From assembly GCF_009834535.1 (NCBI RefSeq), contig NC_045697.1, positions 67,892,001 through 67,956,000 on the forward strand: a stretch of 64,000 nucleotides of DNA. Direction: 5' to 3'. This document shows, one piece after another, positions 38,441 through 50,734 of the stretch. A model generated the notes under the pieces. That model did not search any database. It was not told the origin of the DNA and saw nothing but the letters and a program-made list of their open reading frames with translations. Positions within the stretch are counted from its first letter, which is position 1. Each line of letters starts with the position of its first letter. Made by a program: the position numbers and the translations under genes. Source of the stretch: Camelus ferus. Lineage: Eukaryota.

Positions 38441-41400
38441 CGTGGCAGATGCATTGGCTCAGGCAGTTCAATATCCATTCCAACCTCTTTCTAATATGCT
38501 TTCTTGTAATGCAGATGCTGAATTACTAAAACAGAACAAAACAAGAACACAAGATTCCTTGTTATGATTTATCTTCTTCTAATCAGACACATTTGAGTAA
38601 GGCTTGAATCAAAACAGGTAAGTGTAAAGAGAAGCAGGGCACAAGGCATCCATTTCTGTGTGTGCTGTATATGTGTAATATAGCACGGGTGTGATTATGA
38701 AGCAAGTGGCTGTAGTACTGAACTCTTACTCAACAGGAAGTTTCCTGACCATGGCAGGAAAAGCAGTCCTTGGAAGCACAGTTTTATTTTCGCTTTGGAG
38801 GTTATTCTTGGCATCTCAACTTACAGTCTATTCCTATTGCCTCCCAATAGTTCAGTAAGAAATTAAATTTATCATAATACATTATTTTATATTATGCCAG
38901 CTTGAATAGGCTGTGTCTTTGCGATTAAACGCTAACTGATACAATCGGGGCCTGCTAATAAGTCTCAAGGAAATGGGCATCTTGTATTGAGTATCTGGCC
39001 TGGTTATGTTTGAAGACAATGAGGATCCTGCTAACATCGGAATACAGAACACTGTTATTCCATCATAAGCTATGTCAAAGCAAAGATTAAATGATTATCT
39101 GCAGTCTCCTGGGAGAAAATGTTTATTGAAGGAAAGTATTTAGTGGGCAGATTAGCTGCTACAATATACCCTTATGACAAAAATGCCAACATTTCCATGT
39201 TATAACATAAAAGAAGGGATTTTAACACCTCAAGGATTTAACAATGTTGGTGTGGCTTAATCATGTATGATTCATCTATACATCCACTAAATAGGACTCT
39301 TGAGAGAGCCCAAAGGAGATTCCTTTCACTAAGTCATTGAGGAATCCGTTGGTGCAGAAAGCCATAGCATACTATTTGCTGTTCTTTGTAATACGATAAT
39401 TAGAGTTGTATTGATATGGCTTCGGATTTTAATAAGTATGATGGGATCTCAGAATTCAGAGGCCAAGTGGACATATTCAATGAACAAAAGCAGGGGTATC
39501 ATGGTTTTTATAATAGTGAGCAGTAATCAGACTTTTCGACTAATTGCTCATAGGATACCAAAGGCAGGCAGTCCACTAAGACCTTATTTTAATTTTTAGA
39601 CTTAAAAATCCAATCTTTGTAACTACAAGTTTTATGTTCTATTTGTTATAAAAAGTGCATTATTTATAACCCCAAATATTCTATATTATTAAGTAACAGT
39701 AGAACTGGGGCTCGAGAAGTCTCTGGATTCACTGCATCCATCTCTACCGCACAAGTACCCCTCCTGAAGCCATATTTCGGTGTGCTCACTTAAAGAGCCA
39801 GCTGATTGAGAAGGAAAAGAAAAAGTCCTTCATCATATACTATAAATAGCTAAAAGTGTGTCTGTAATGCCACAGCAGCCCACTGGCTGGAAAGGACAGG
39901 GGGGAAGATACTGCCATTTGGCAAACATTTGAATGATACATATGGTTGTCACACTGTATGGAAGAAGAACTGGCTGCAAGTATGAGTTAACATTTATTCA
40001 AGAACAGTGGGTAATAGTTTAGCCAGATGGTCAGGGAATTAGAAAAGTATATACATATATTAAAAAAATAGGTAGGTTACAAAGAGGTTTAGGGAAGAGG
40101 TATGTTTATGAACTTCACAAAATATACTGAGAATGAGAGGATATTTGTGTGTTATGTGCATTTCTTAGTAGGAGAAGGTCTTGGGTGAATAAGAGCATTT
40201 TTTTATGATGTTGCATGGACTCTCCCTAGGCATCTCAAGCTTCCTTGAAGACTTTAGGGCAAAAAGTGATTATGCTAGTAGGGATAAAGATAAGAATGAG
40301 TGCACACAGACTGCTTTTCTTTTCCCAAGGCTTATCTGGCTCTGCCACTTAGAGTGTTCAGTGCGAGCAGCAAGGAACAGCATTGAGGCTGGCAGGTAAC
40401 AATATATTTCTATATATCTCTAGGGGACCAGTTAGTTAACTTGGGCAGCTAAAATATGGAACGTTTTCTTACTTGAAGAGACATCTATTCTGGTTCATTC
40501 TTTTCTACCTGCCAGCAATGCCACCATAAACTTACTTAATAAATTATTCAACATCAGGAAATTCTACTTCTGAATGAATGAACTTGTTTTCCAGTCAAAG
40601 TAGGGAGGCAATTGGTTTACACTCAGAACTGACCAATCTTAAATGGAATGGGCTCTTAAAGGCTCTGCTATTGTGCTACTTATAAATAATTCTCTGAAAG
40701 TATGGCATCCCAGAGGAGACAGAATATTCTACAAATCAGTGACCATTGTATGAGGCTGGGCTAGTTCTTGCACAAGAGGAACACATGGAACTGGAATCAC
40801 TGGGTAAACTATATCTAATGCCTAACACAATATATTTTCTTCTTTTCCTTACATCACAGAGTTCCACTGGTTTAGAACTCTTAGCTAAATGCTTCCACCA
40901 CATAAAACAATAGTGATGTCATTGAGATCACCACCTGGCCATTTTGGGCTCCTCATGCTGCTAGACCAACAACGCAAACAAGGTAAATAATAGTATGTTA
41001 TCTGGGATAACTGGTTCTGATGATCAAGGGAAAATGGGTTTGTTTTACCACAACAGGGGTAAGGACGGGTATTTCATGTACTGCCATAACCAGTGTTACT
41101 AGTTAGTAGAAGACGGGAGTAACCGCACATATACAGGAGACTCAAGATTAGATCCTTTAGGAATCAAGTTCGGGGCCACCCCAACACATGAAGAATACCG
41201 AAAAGTAGAGGTAGTAACTGTGAACAAGGGCAATCAAGAATATGTGGAGGAAGAAACAAGTTGAAAATCGTTACTATCTTGTGCAAATATAGACACTAAA
41301 GAAGCTACTCATACTCTCTCTCTATGCTTTCATATGAACCACATTTCTTTTGTTTCTTTCTCCCTTTGTCCAACTATCTTAGATAGAATGTATTAATTTT

Positions 41401-42096
41401 ACATTTATCCCCTAGGTAAGTATAACGGCTTCATTACTTTAATTGAAGTAGAGAAGGAATGAGCACCATGCAGAATGTGCCTTTTCATCAAAATGTGGAT
41501 ACTATTTCATTTGTTTGAAGGATGTTTATATTTATTTGGAAGGAAACTGTTATAACAGCTATTGTTGCTTAGAAACGTAAGGATAGAAGTAGGTTACTGA
41601 GTAGAAATTGTTGGACTGTAGTAGGTACACAATATTGACTTGATGATGATTTGTCCTGTCTTCTATGAAAATTCCTATATAAAAGGGGCTCGAAAACTTA
41701 AAAAGTCAACTCTAATCTTTGAACCTAGAATTTCAAAAGTGATCTAGGTACTTGCAAGTAAAGACTTAAGCAAAACTTGCATTTAGAGTTAAATTATGTG
41801 AGGAAAAGGGCAGGATTGAGGCATCCATTTTGCAGGTGAGAATTATGGCAGAGGTACCATGGAGCTGTAGCAGTGACTTCTTGATGCTCAGTGTAGCTTT
41901 CTTACCCATCATAGAAGGAACAGCAGCTTTCCTGGCAGCCTAGCTCTGGAGCATATCCTGAAAGATCAGGCTACAGACCGTTTTTTCAGCACATTCCAAA
42001 CTTCTGTAAGCATTTAATGCTCAATAACAAATCCCTTTCTGCTGACATAAAATAGAGTGGATTCTCTTCTCTTTAACTGAACTCTGAATTATATCA
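38441..42096 (+). mobile_element. ERVL provirus with LTR33-like LTRs and degraded internal pol sequence
   Basis: LTRs 38441-38943 and 41617-42096 (both contain 'aggcatccattt'); perfect 5-bp TSD TAAAC (38436-38440, 42097-42101); ERVL pol remnants 'gccagatggtcaggga...gggaagaggtatgt' and 'ccacctggccattttgggctcctcatgc'. Confidence 0.85.
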
Positions 42097-42289
42097 TAAA
42101 CTGAATGTTAAGACTAAGTAATCTCAACCCAGAAAAAAAAGATGTATAGAATTAATGATGTTGTTAATTAAAATGTTTTCAAAGAACCACAATGTAACCT
42201 TATACTGAACTTTAAAAACTGCTGACATTGTCTTTTTTATGACTAACAGAAAACCCACCATGAATAAAATAATGACATTCATGGGATGA

Positions 42290-42500
42290 GAGCTATTATT
42301 TTTTGAGTTCTGCCTCTGTGCCAAGCATGAAACTAGCCACATAAATAGTATGAGATAGGAATAACTGTCCTTGTTTTATGGATAAGAAATCTCAAAGTCA
42401 AAGAACTTAAATAGAGTTCAAAAGTCACATAGCAAGAAAGGTAGACTTACTACAATGTAGGTCTATTTGTTTCTTGTCTCTCAACTTCATGGTCCTTCCC
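42290..42500 (-). mobile_element. MIR SINE
   Basis: 'ttgagttctgcctctgtgccaagca...ttttatggataagaaatc...aagtcacatagc'. Confidence 0.6.
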
Positions 42501-45500
42501 TTGCATCACAATTTTTTTTTCTTTCTTCCATTCCCGCCATGTGCCACTACTATGTTTTTAAACCTACAGAATAGAAATTGTGAACTCTTAAAACAGACCT
42601 GGCAGAGCCAGGCTTTTACTTTTAGTTTCTACCATCCAACGTTCTCATTATATTCACCTCCATTTTAAAACATCCCAATAAAATAAGACTTAAAAATATA
42701 CATAGAAAAACAAAATCACAATGTTTACAAAGTCTATGGGGATGTCCTGTATTTCAGGAAGTTTGTATAAATCTATACTTACAATATTGAGTGGAATTTC
42801 AATGCTTTGCATGACAGATTATAGTTCTGTGATAACCTGCAGATATGTTTCATTTCTTTTTTTTTCCTAGTTTGGGAGGAACTAAACAAAGTGTCTTCTG
42901 CCTCACGTTTATACAAGTAAGAAGTATCTTCTTTCAGCCTCTGGCTGGTTAAAGTCCATTTTCCAGTATCTTTCAGACCCTTTACATCCATCCATAGCCT
43001 GTTCTTCTCCCCTACTCATACCCATTTGTCAGACAAAGCGACATTGTTTCCCTGAATCCAGCTTTTGTTTGCCTGCTTCTGAACTTCTAAGCTTTTACTA
43101 AGGCTTTTCATCATTATCCACTTTTTTTCTGCCCATTCAAACAATATCCATACTACAGAAAAGCTAACATGATTCCTCAATCTGAAATCATAAAGAATTT
43201 CCATTTGCCATTTATTTGTCATTGGGTCATATACAGTATCTTTGGCATGTGTTCACTTCTAAATTTACATAGTCTATTGCCAAAAAAGCTTTTCAAACCA
43301 GAGAGTGTTTTATTCATTCACCCTTTTAGGCTGTTAAACAGCAATCAAGTGACCAAACCAAGCTTAGAAAAATCTAATGTGTAAAAAACCACATTCAGAG
43401 ATGTTTTTCTGGATCTCCTTGGCATTAGCATTATGCGACACTATGAAACTTTAGATTGTTCAGGCTTAATAAATCAGTATTTGTGATCAACTTGAAGTTT
43501 TTCAAATATGATATTTTCAACTCTGATCACAGAGAAACATGTAACATGTGACTTAGTAAGAAAAAAGAAATATATTAAAAGTAATATGCCAACAAAATAA
43601 TTTCACCTATAGTCCTATTTCAATTAGAATTTGAAAAACAAATGAAAGAGAGACCACCTCAGCTCATTCTCTACCAATCTGGGAATAATTCCTACCGATG
43701 AGAACCTTATCTGAGATTTTGTCTTAAACACTAGCATGAATAATGTATAAATTGCATCACTGAACAGATCATTCTTACTTAGAGAGCATTATGTGCTTTA
43801 TACTTCTCTATGGGGGAAAATGAACATATAGCACTATATTACAGAATAATATAATTTCAGAGTAGGAAAGGACATTAGAGGACATCTAATTCAGAAGCTC
43901 ATCAAAACTAAGTTAGAAGTAAGACTATCATCAACATTTAGTGAGCACCCACCAGTCTTTATTAGACTCTATGGGAAAATGCAAAGGAAACAGTAGACAT
44001 AGTTTTTGTCCTCCAGATACTACTTCTTGGAAAATATTTAATTTATAATCATATCTTTCATGTCTTTGTCTTGCTACATTTCCTAAGTTGTAATAAAAAT
44101 GATATGAAAGCCATTTTAATGTAAAGTTATAATATTTATCATTTATCAGAATTCAAAGGCTGTAACATATAAAAGTTCTTAAATATAAGGTTATATTTTA
44201 AAGTATGCTTCATGCAAATGAACATAGTTTTTATATCCTTTCCAATAACCTTAATAATGTGTGTTTTCAAATGGAAACAACCACTTCCAAAGAGCTCTTT
44301 CTATATTACTTGTCAATCATAAAGACGTGCCACTTTCTTATATATTGCAAAACTGAAATATTATTGAATTAATGGCTAATTCTTACAATCCATTCAGAAA
44401 CTTTTTAAAATACAGTACTAATTTTTAAAATGATTTATCATTAATGGAAAGAACATCTGTATTTTAGGAACACGCAAGTCATTTCATGAAGTCAACCTTA
44501 TAGTCTAAAAAATAAAATAAAGCAATAAAATGAAAATTAGTGTATTTATTTAAATATATGCATATGTATGCATAAAAATGCACATACATGTGTCTATAGA
44601 TATATGTACACATATATGTATATATGTGTATTTATACCCTACAGTGTTCTGACTCTTATTATAGTTCTTATATGACATCATAAAATTAACCTTTTTTGTC
44701 TGTATTTTTCTCTAATTTGTAAGCATTTTCAGGATAAGGAACATCCTTGTCTTGTAATTCATTCTAAATTAAATAATTTAATTATATAATTTTACTCATA
44801 AGTTTTAAAATTAAACACTACAAATGAGTATATGAAACTATTATTTAAGGCAGCAAAACTTAAGTATGTGGACATGATTACATAGATATTAAAATATTTG
44901 GTAAAATAAAATAAAAATTATTGCATAATAAAAAATAATATATAAAAATAGAACCACTGAGTGTTAATGAAGCAGCTTTATGCATAAAAAAATGTTGGTT
45001 CTCAGTGCAAATGACAGCAATAGATGCTGTGACTGTAAAAATATTTAAAAGAGGATTGAGGAGGAAATGACACTTGAGGTAGGGGGTCATGAGAGTAAAA
45101 ATAAAAATAACAACTAAAAGGAAGTAGTTTGATGATTTTTAATTCAAGTGAACTTTTGACCAAAGAAAAGGTTAACCTTAACGTCTCTGTAAAAATGAGT
45201 ATAGAGGATCTGAGCTGGGGTTTAAAAAGTGGCATATTGAAACAAAATTAAATTTAAGAGTTAGTGTCTAAGGATAAAGTAGATGCTTACATCAACTAAA
45301 GGTGAGAGACTAAATGGATTTATCAGAATCTTCAGGGTTAGTTCTCCAGGGTCGAATAATGCTCCCCATTCCTATTTTTGCTGGCCTCCGTGTATGGGCC
45401 TGCCATACACTCTCCAAGTTAGAAAGCAGCGACCTCTCTATTAATGACAGTTTTTCCCTTTATGGAACATCTCCAGGTATAATGCTCTACAAGCTTAAAA

Positions 45501-46154
45501 AGTTAATGACTTATCAATGTCAACCCTCTTTTGCAGTAATTCACGTTCATTTTCTCTCACTTGTGCTCTACAAGTAAATTCAGTAGATAATATCACCATG
45601 AATTTGCACATTCATTTATTCATTAATGTATTATTTTACTCCACAAATATTTATTAAGTATCTGTTCTATGTCAGATTTCTGAAGTAGTCACTTACGTCC
45701 CTGAAGGACCCTCTTAGATTTTCAGGTGCTTCCTGACTGAGTTTACGCCATTGTGGTTTTTCATTCACTTGCAGTAAGATAGTTTAATTTTAAAATTTGC
45801 ACAGTATTTTAATAGTTAAAAGCACCACCACATAATCTGTTATTCTTAACCTAACTGAGAGGTAGTTAAGCAGACATTACAACTGTCTAATTTTCATAGG
45901 GGAACCCAATGCTTCAAAATGAATGACCTATTTTCCCCCATGAAGTTGTCTTCTGTTTTTCCTGCTACATACTATGTCATCACATTTACTCCATTTTTCA
46001 AGCAAAAAATCCTCAGTCATTTTTGTCTGCTCCACCTCTCATTTGTAATCCACTTGCAACAATGAATTGCCAGTAGTTACTTTTTCTCTCAATTCTTGCT
46101 TCTTCAGCCTCATTTTCTTAGTATCCTCTTAAATTTTCTCTGGACAGTTCACCC

Positions 46155-46681
46155 TGTTAGGCAGTTAGATAGAAATGACCATTGGGCAAGGGGAGAGGAA
46201 CAGGGATGGAACAACCCAGAAAATAAGAGTATGCCTGCACAGTAGAGAGAAGGGCCCAACTTAAATTGACCCAATGCTTATTATAATGTAATTACCATTG
46301 CAGTTGGAGCTCCCCTCCATATGTTTCTCCTTGTGCATCATGGGTAAAAACATGCATAAAAGAGATGGGTGTGCATGAGCACAAGGAATGTGAGCTGTCA
46401 ATCAGCCAGAGCACTCAAAGAATGTGAGCTATTAATCAATCAATCACAAAAATGCCCCCTAAGCCAGGATATAAAAACAGGAAAAACAAGAGTGGTGCCA
46501 TTTTTCCTCTCTTGGATTGGCCCGCCCTCAATTCTAGGGGGTGAACTATATTTTACTACCTTTTTATTTCACTAATAAAATCTTCTGTTTATATCACGCT
46601 TTCTGCTTTCCATTAGAAATTCATTTTTTTTCGGGTGACTAAGAACCAAAGTAACTTTTATTCCTCCTCCTCCCGGTAACA
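46155..46681 (+). mobile_element. ERV1-class solo LTR (527 bp)
   Basis: TGTTA...GGTAACA termini; 4-bp TSD ACCC/ACTC (one mismatch); TATAAAA 46470-46476; AATAAA 46574-46579. Confidence 0.85.
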
Positions 46682-46784
46682 ACTCCAGCTCAGTGGCAGA
46701 GAGTAGGTGCTCATTAATCAATTAATGTTCTGGTTTTTTGCCTTGGTGCTTTTCTACAGTTGTATGATAATGCATTTACTCAAA

Positions 46785-46985
46785 GATGTTCCGGTGTAGT
46801 GGTTATGAAAGTGAAATCTGCCTTCCTGGGTTCAAAGCCCGTGTCATTATATGTGATCCCCTGTAGCCACTCACATACCAAGCAGTAATAACAAAACTTA
46901 CCTCAGGCAAGTGTTGGAGGATTAAATGCGTTAATGTACATAAAGTATTTTCATCAGTACCTGCTGCATGTTAAATGAGCTAAAA
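46785..46985 (+). mobile_element. MIR SINE
   Basis: 'gtgtagtggttatgaaagtg...cctgggttcaaagccc...ggaggattaaatgcgttaatgtacataaag'. Confidence 0.75.
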
Positions 46986-46999
46986 CAGTCAACATTCTT

Positions 47000-47260
47000 G
47001 TGACATTCTCTGCAGTGTCCATTTTGCTTTTTCAATCTCGGAAATGCCTACTTAGCCTTAAAGTCTGAGCTCAGTTGCTACTGTCTTCATGAGGCCTCTG
47101 CTAAGCCTTTTAGGGAGCTGCGCCTTTTTGCACACATGAGTATTGCCACTTTTCTCACATTACTGAAATTATTTGTTCGGACATCTATTTCCCCCACAAG
47201 ACTATGAACTTCTCTGAGAGGAGTGATCTTGTCAGAATCACTTTTGAATTCCTAGGGCCT
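47000..47260 (+). mobile_element. L2 3' fragment
   Basis: 'ctcagttgctactgtcttcatgaggcct...agactatgaacttctctgag...cctagggccta'. Confidence 0.55.
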
Positions 47261-48059
47261 AATGAGTCCCGCATTTTAAAAGACAGAAAGAGTATTAGAT
47301 AGAATGATTTCCTAGTATTGTAACACTAGTACATGGCATTAAAGTTTTTAGTCCTCTGTAAATAAAACAGTAAACTGAAAATGACAAAAGTTACATTTTG
47401 AAAGAAAACCAACTTGCATCAAGGTTATTAAAATGCCTTTTTAAGGTCCCCAAGCCCCAGATGTTAATGGGAATAGAAGCAATTTCACTTCCAAATTGTG
47501 AAAAAACTCTTGCTAGTCTATCAGTTAAGGTGCATGCTACTTTGAAAGTGCCTCTCTTTGTCAGAAGCCTTTATACTTCTTCACTGAACGGCTTGCATCT
47601 CTGGGCACTTAGCTCTTGGCTTGCTCTGAAGCTGACGACATCAACAAAGCCAGTTTTCCTTTCAATTGAATGAATAGGTACTTGGCTTACCAAAACAGGT
47701 TGAACCGCTCACTACAAGGCTTGATTCTGCCAGGCCCTGCCTCTCAGCTGCACCTGATTCCCACTGAAAATAAAAATCACAAGCACAAAAGTGGTAGCTC
47801 CATTTCCCTCTATATTCTCATAACTTTTTGAGTCCGAAGAAGAGAAAAAGTCATCTGAAAGTCAGAAAGAATAAACTATTGTTCTCCCTGTGTATCTCCT
47901 CTCTGCCTTCTAGCTCCTTCTTGGTTACTTATTGATTCCATTTTCTATACAGTGTGGTTGTTCGTTTGTGATCTGGCTGTTTCAATACACTGGGCCTGGA
48001 AAATTGTGATTTTCCAAATAAGACTGAAGTATAAATCTACGCAGGGATATAGAAAAAAA

Positions 48060-48270
48060 ATAATAGCTAATTTATAATCTCCTATTCTATGCCACATGAT
48101 CAAGTATATTGTCTTAGTCATTTTACCACAGCCCTTGAAGGCTATTTTTTGCCAGATGAAAATCAGACATTCAGAAAATTTAGAAAATGTCCCAATGCAT
48201 ATAGCTAGGCTGGTACAAAGGTAGGATGTGTGCCCTGGCCAGTTTGATTTCTGTGTCTGTCTTTTTTTCT
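48060..48270 (-). mobile_element. MIR SINE
   Basis: 'aatagctaatttata...ccacagcccttgaagg...cagatgaaaatcagacattcaga'. Confidence 0.55.
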
Positions 48271-49499
48271 CTACGTTTTACTCTTTACAGCATCAGGACT
48301 TCAGCCAGAACAAGGCCATCATATAAGACACCATAAGAGCAATTCTAGGCAAAAGGAGCCCATAGTGCACTTACGTTATGTAGAAAAGCTATGCCTTCCT
48401 TCCTCACCATTTTAACAAAATAAGTGAGAGACATTTGAGAATAATCCAATGTGGGACTTTATAGAATGTGTTTTTCTACTTCTGTAAGCTTTATTTCTTT
48501 GTGTTAATAAAACTCAGCTTGAATCACTTTGCACAACACATGTTCTATTGGAATATCCAATACAGTGTAAGCTTAAGCAATTAGAAACGTGCCTACTGTG
48601 AAAGGTAACTTGGTTCTATGCGTCCTGTCAACTATAGTTTTCAACAGCTACCCTAAACCAATATCCCAAACCAGTCACACCTGTTCACTTTTCTTATATA
48701 AATTATGCCACCTCAGTTCTTCCCAGCATTCTGTGTGTTCTCCTTTAGTGGTTTTTATAACTCCTCTCTTAAACTCAATGCATATTCTCTCGAATCCTTT
48801 TAAAATGTATTGATTAGGACTAACAATTTAAAAATAGTCTGACTTGGAATACAAAAAGCAATTTCCCAATTCTTCTGTTTGATAAACAATGAATACCCCA
48901 AATTAATGACACTTTTTTATTTTATGTGAAACTCAAATGTTCTGTGTACCTTTAAAGGGGGTAAGAACGAGGCCTGGGAGAAGATGCGCATCATTATTCC
49001 TCTTATTGCTCAGTTGGAGCCTTTGAGGGCCTATACCCTGTGTGGAGGCTGAATGATCCACACACTTTCAGCTGGGCCATGAACTAGCTAGTTAAGAACA
49101 CCAGTGATTCTCCGTCCTCTAAATTTTGTTCCAACATAATAAATTCATTCCGTCTCTAGTGAACCATGATAAGGAGATGTCTTATTTTCTACTTTTTTGA
49201 CCTACCCATCATTCCAGAACTTTTCATTATAATTGGTTATTTTTTATTAAGTGTATTAATTTTAACTTGTCTTAATTGAATCTATTTTTGGGATTTAACT
49301 AAGGTAATATTCTTGATTTTTAAAACTATATATGTTTACTCTCATTTCAAAGTAATGTATGATTATTATAATTTTTTTAAATTAGAAATATTTTTACTGA
49401 AAAATGAATATCTGCCATCAATCTCCCTGAAACACATTTCCAGATGTAACCATAAAAAGTGTTTATACTCCTTCTGGATATTTTCCCATAAATAATCAC

Positions 49500-49520
49500 A
49501 TATACATATATATGTATATC

Positions 49521-49578
<58 letters not shown>

Positions 49579-49610
49579 TACACACATATGTGTATATATG
49601 TATTTATACA
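49500..49610. repeat. (TA)n(CA)n compound microsatellite
   Basis: Directly visible. Confidence 0.95.
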
Positions 49611-49659
49611 AATATGATATCTACCATTTGTTGAACCCTTAGTATATCTTAGGAATCAC

Positions 49660-49895
49660 AGTATATCAAAGCAGTTATGGCTCAGGCTGTGAAACTGGAC
49701 AGACTGAATTCAAGTCTTGATTCACCCTGTACTAGCTCTATGTCTTGGCCAGTTATTTAGCTGTTTTGTGGTTTAGTTTTCTCATCTATAAAATAGGGAT
49801 AATAACAATGTCTACCTTCTAGGGCTACAATGAAACTATGATGAAGAATACATGTAAAACATTTAGAATGATGCCTACCGTTCAGTAAGCATTAG
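49660..49895 (+). mobile_element. MIR SINE, near full length
   Basis: 'tagctctatgtcttggccagttatt...gtttttctcatctataaaatagggataataac...tacatgtaaaacatttagaatg'. Confidence 0.85.
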
Positions 49896-49919
49896 GTATG
49901 ATGACTTTTCTTTCATTTA

Positions 49920-50390
49920 AGGTTGTTAAGGTAGTAATCCTCCTAAAGAAGGAACTATTTTTATATATATTTTGCTGACAAGGAATTTGAGTTTAGAGAG
50001 TCTAAGAAATTCCCCAAGGTTACATAATAGCGATGCCACGAGTGGTTAGTGTAGGGAAACTGGCTACATGCCCACGCTGTAACTTCTATACTGCCCAAAC
50101 TGCATTAAAGAGTGCTCTACCATACTCTAGCTACACTCAGTTAATCAGCGCTCTGCTACTTAACATTTCACTTAAAATATAATAAAAGAACAGCTAATTT
50201 ATATTGACTATTAATTATGTGCTAGATGCTTTACATGCGATATCTTATTAAAAGACAATTTTAAAAATGAAGAAAATGAGATGTAGGTTTACATAGGTTA
50301 ACTACTTTTTTCATCAACATGCAATAAATAAGAGGCCGAACCTGCAAAAGAACTCAGTTTTGCCAACACGAATGTACGTGCACTTAAACT
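49920..50390 (-). mobile_element. Two MIR SINE fragments
   Basis: 'cccaaggttacata' and 'tatgtgctagatgctttacatgc...aaatgaagaaaatgaga...aggttaa'. Confidence 0.55.
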
Positions 50391-50734
50391 CTTTGATTTA
50401 CATCCACCATATGTTAGGCATATTTCTATGTAAGAGCAAATGAATCTACTTAATATTGTATCATTATATATATGAATATTTTATGACTGGCTTAACCCAT
50501 TCCCATATTGATGCCTATTCAGCATTTCTGCAATTAAATAACAATGCTATAACAATCATTTATGTATTTTTTTCAAATTTTGCATGATTATTTCTGCAGG
50601 AAACAGAATGTCTGAGTTTAAAAAAAATGAGAGATTTACACAATTTTGTCCTATAAATAGTTGTACAATTTTTCTCTTACATCGATAGTGTATAAATGCC
50701 TTAAGAATACATTACTATGGAAGTAATTTTTTTT

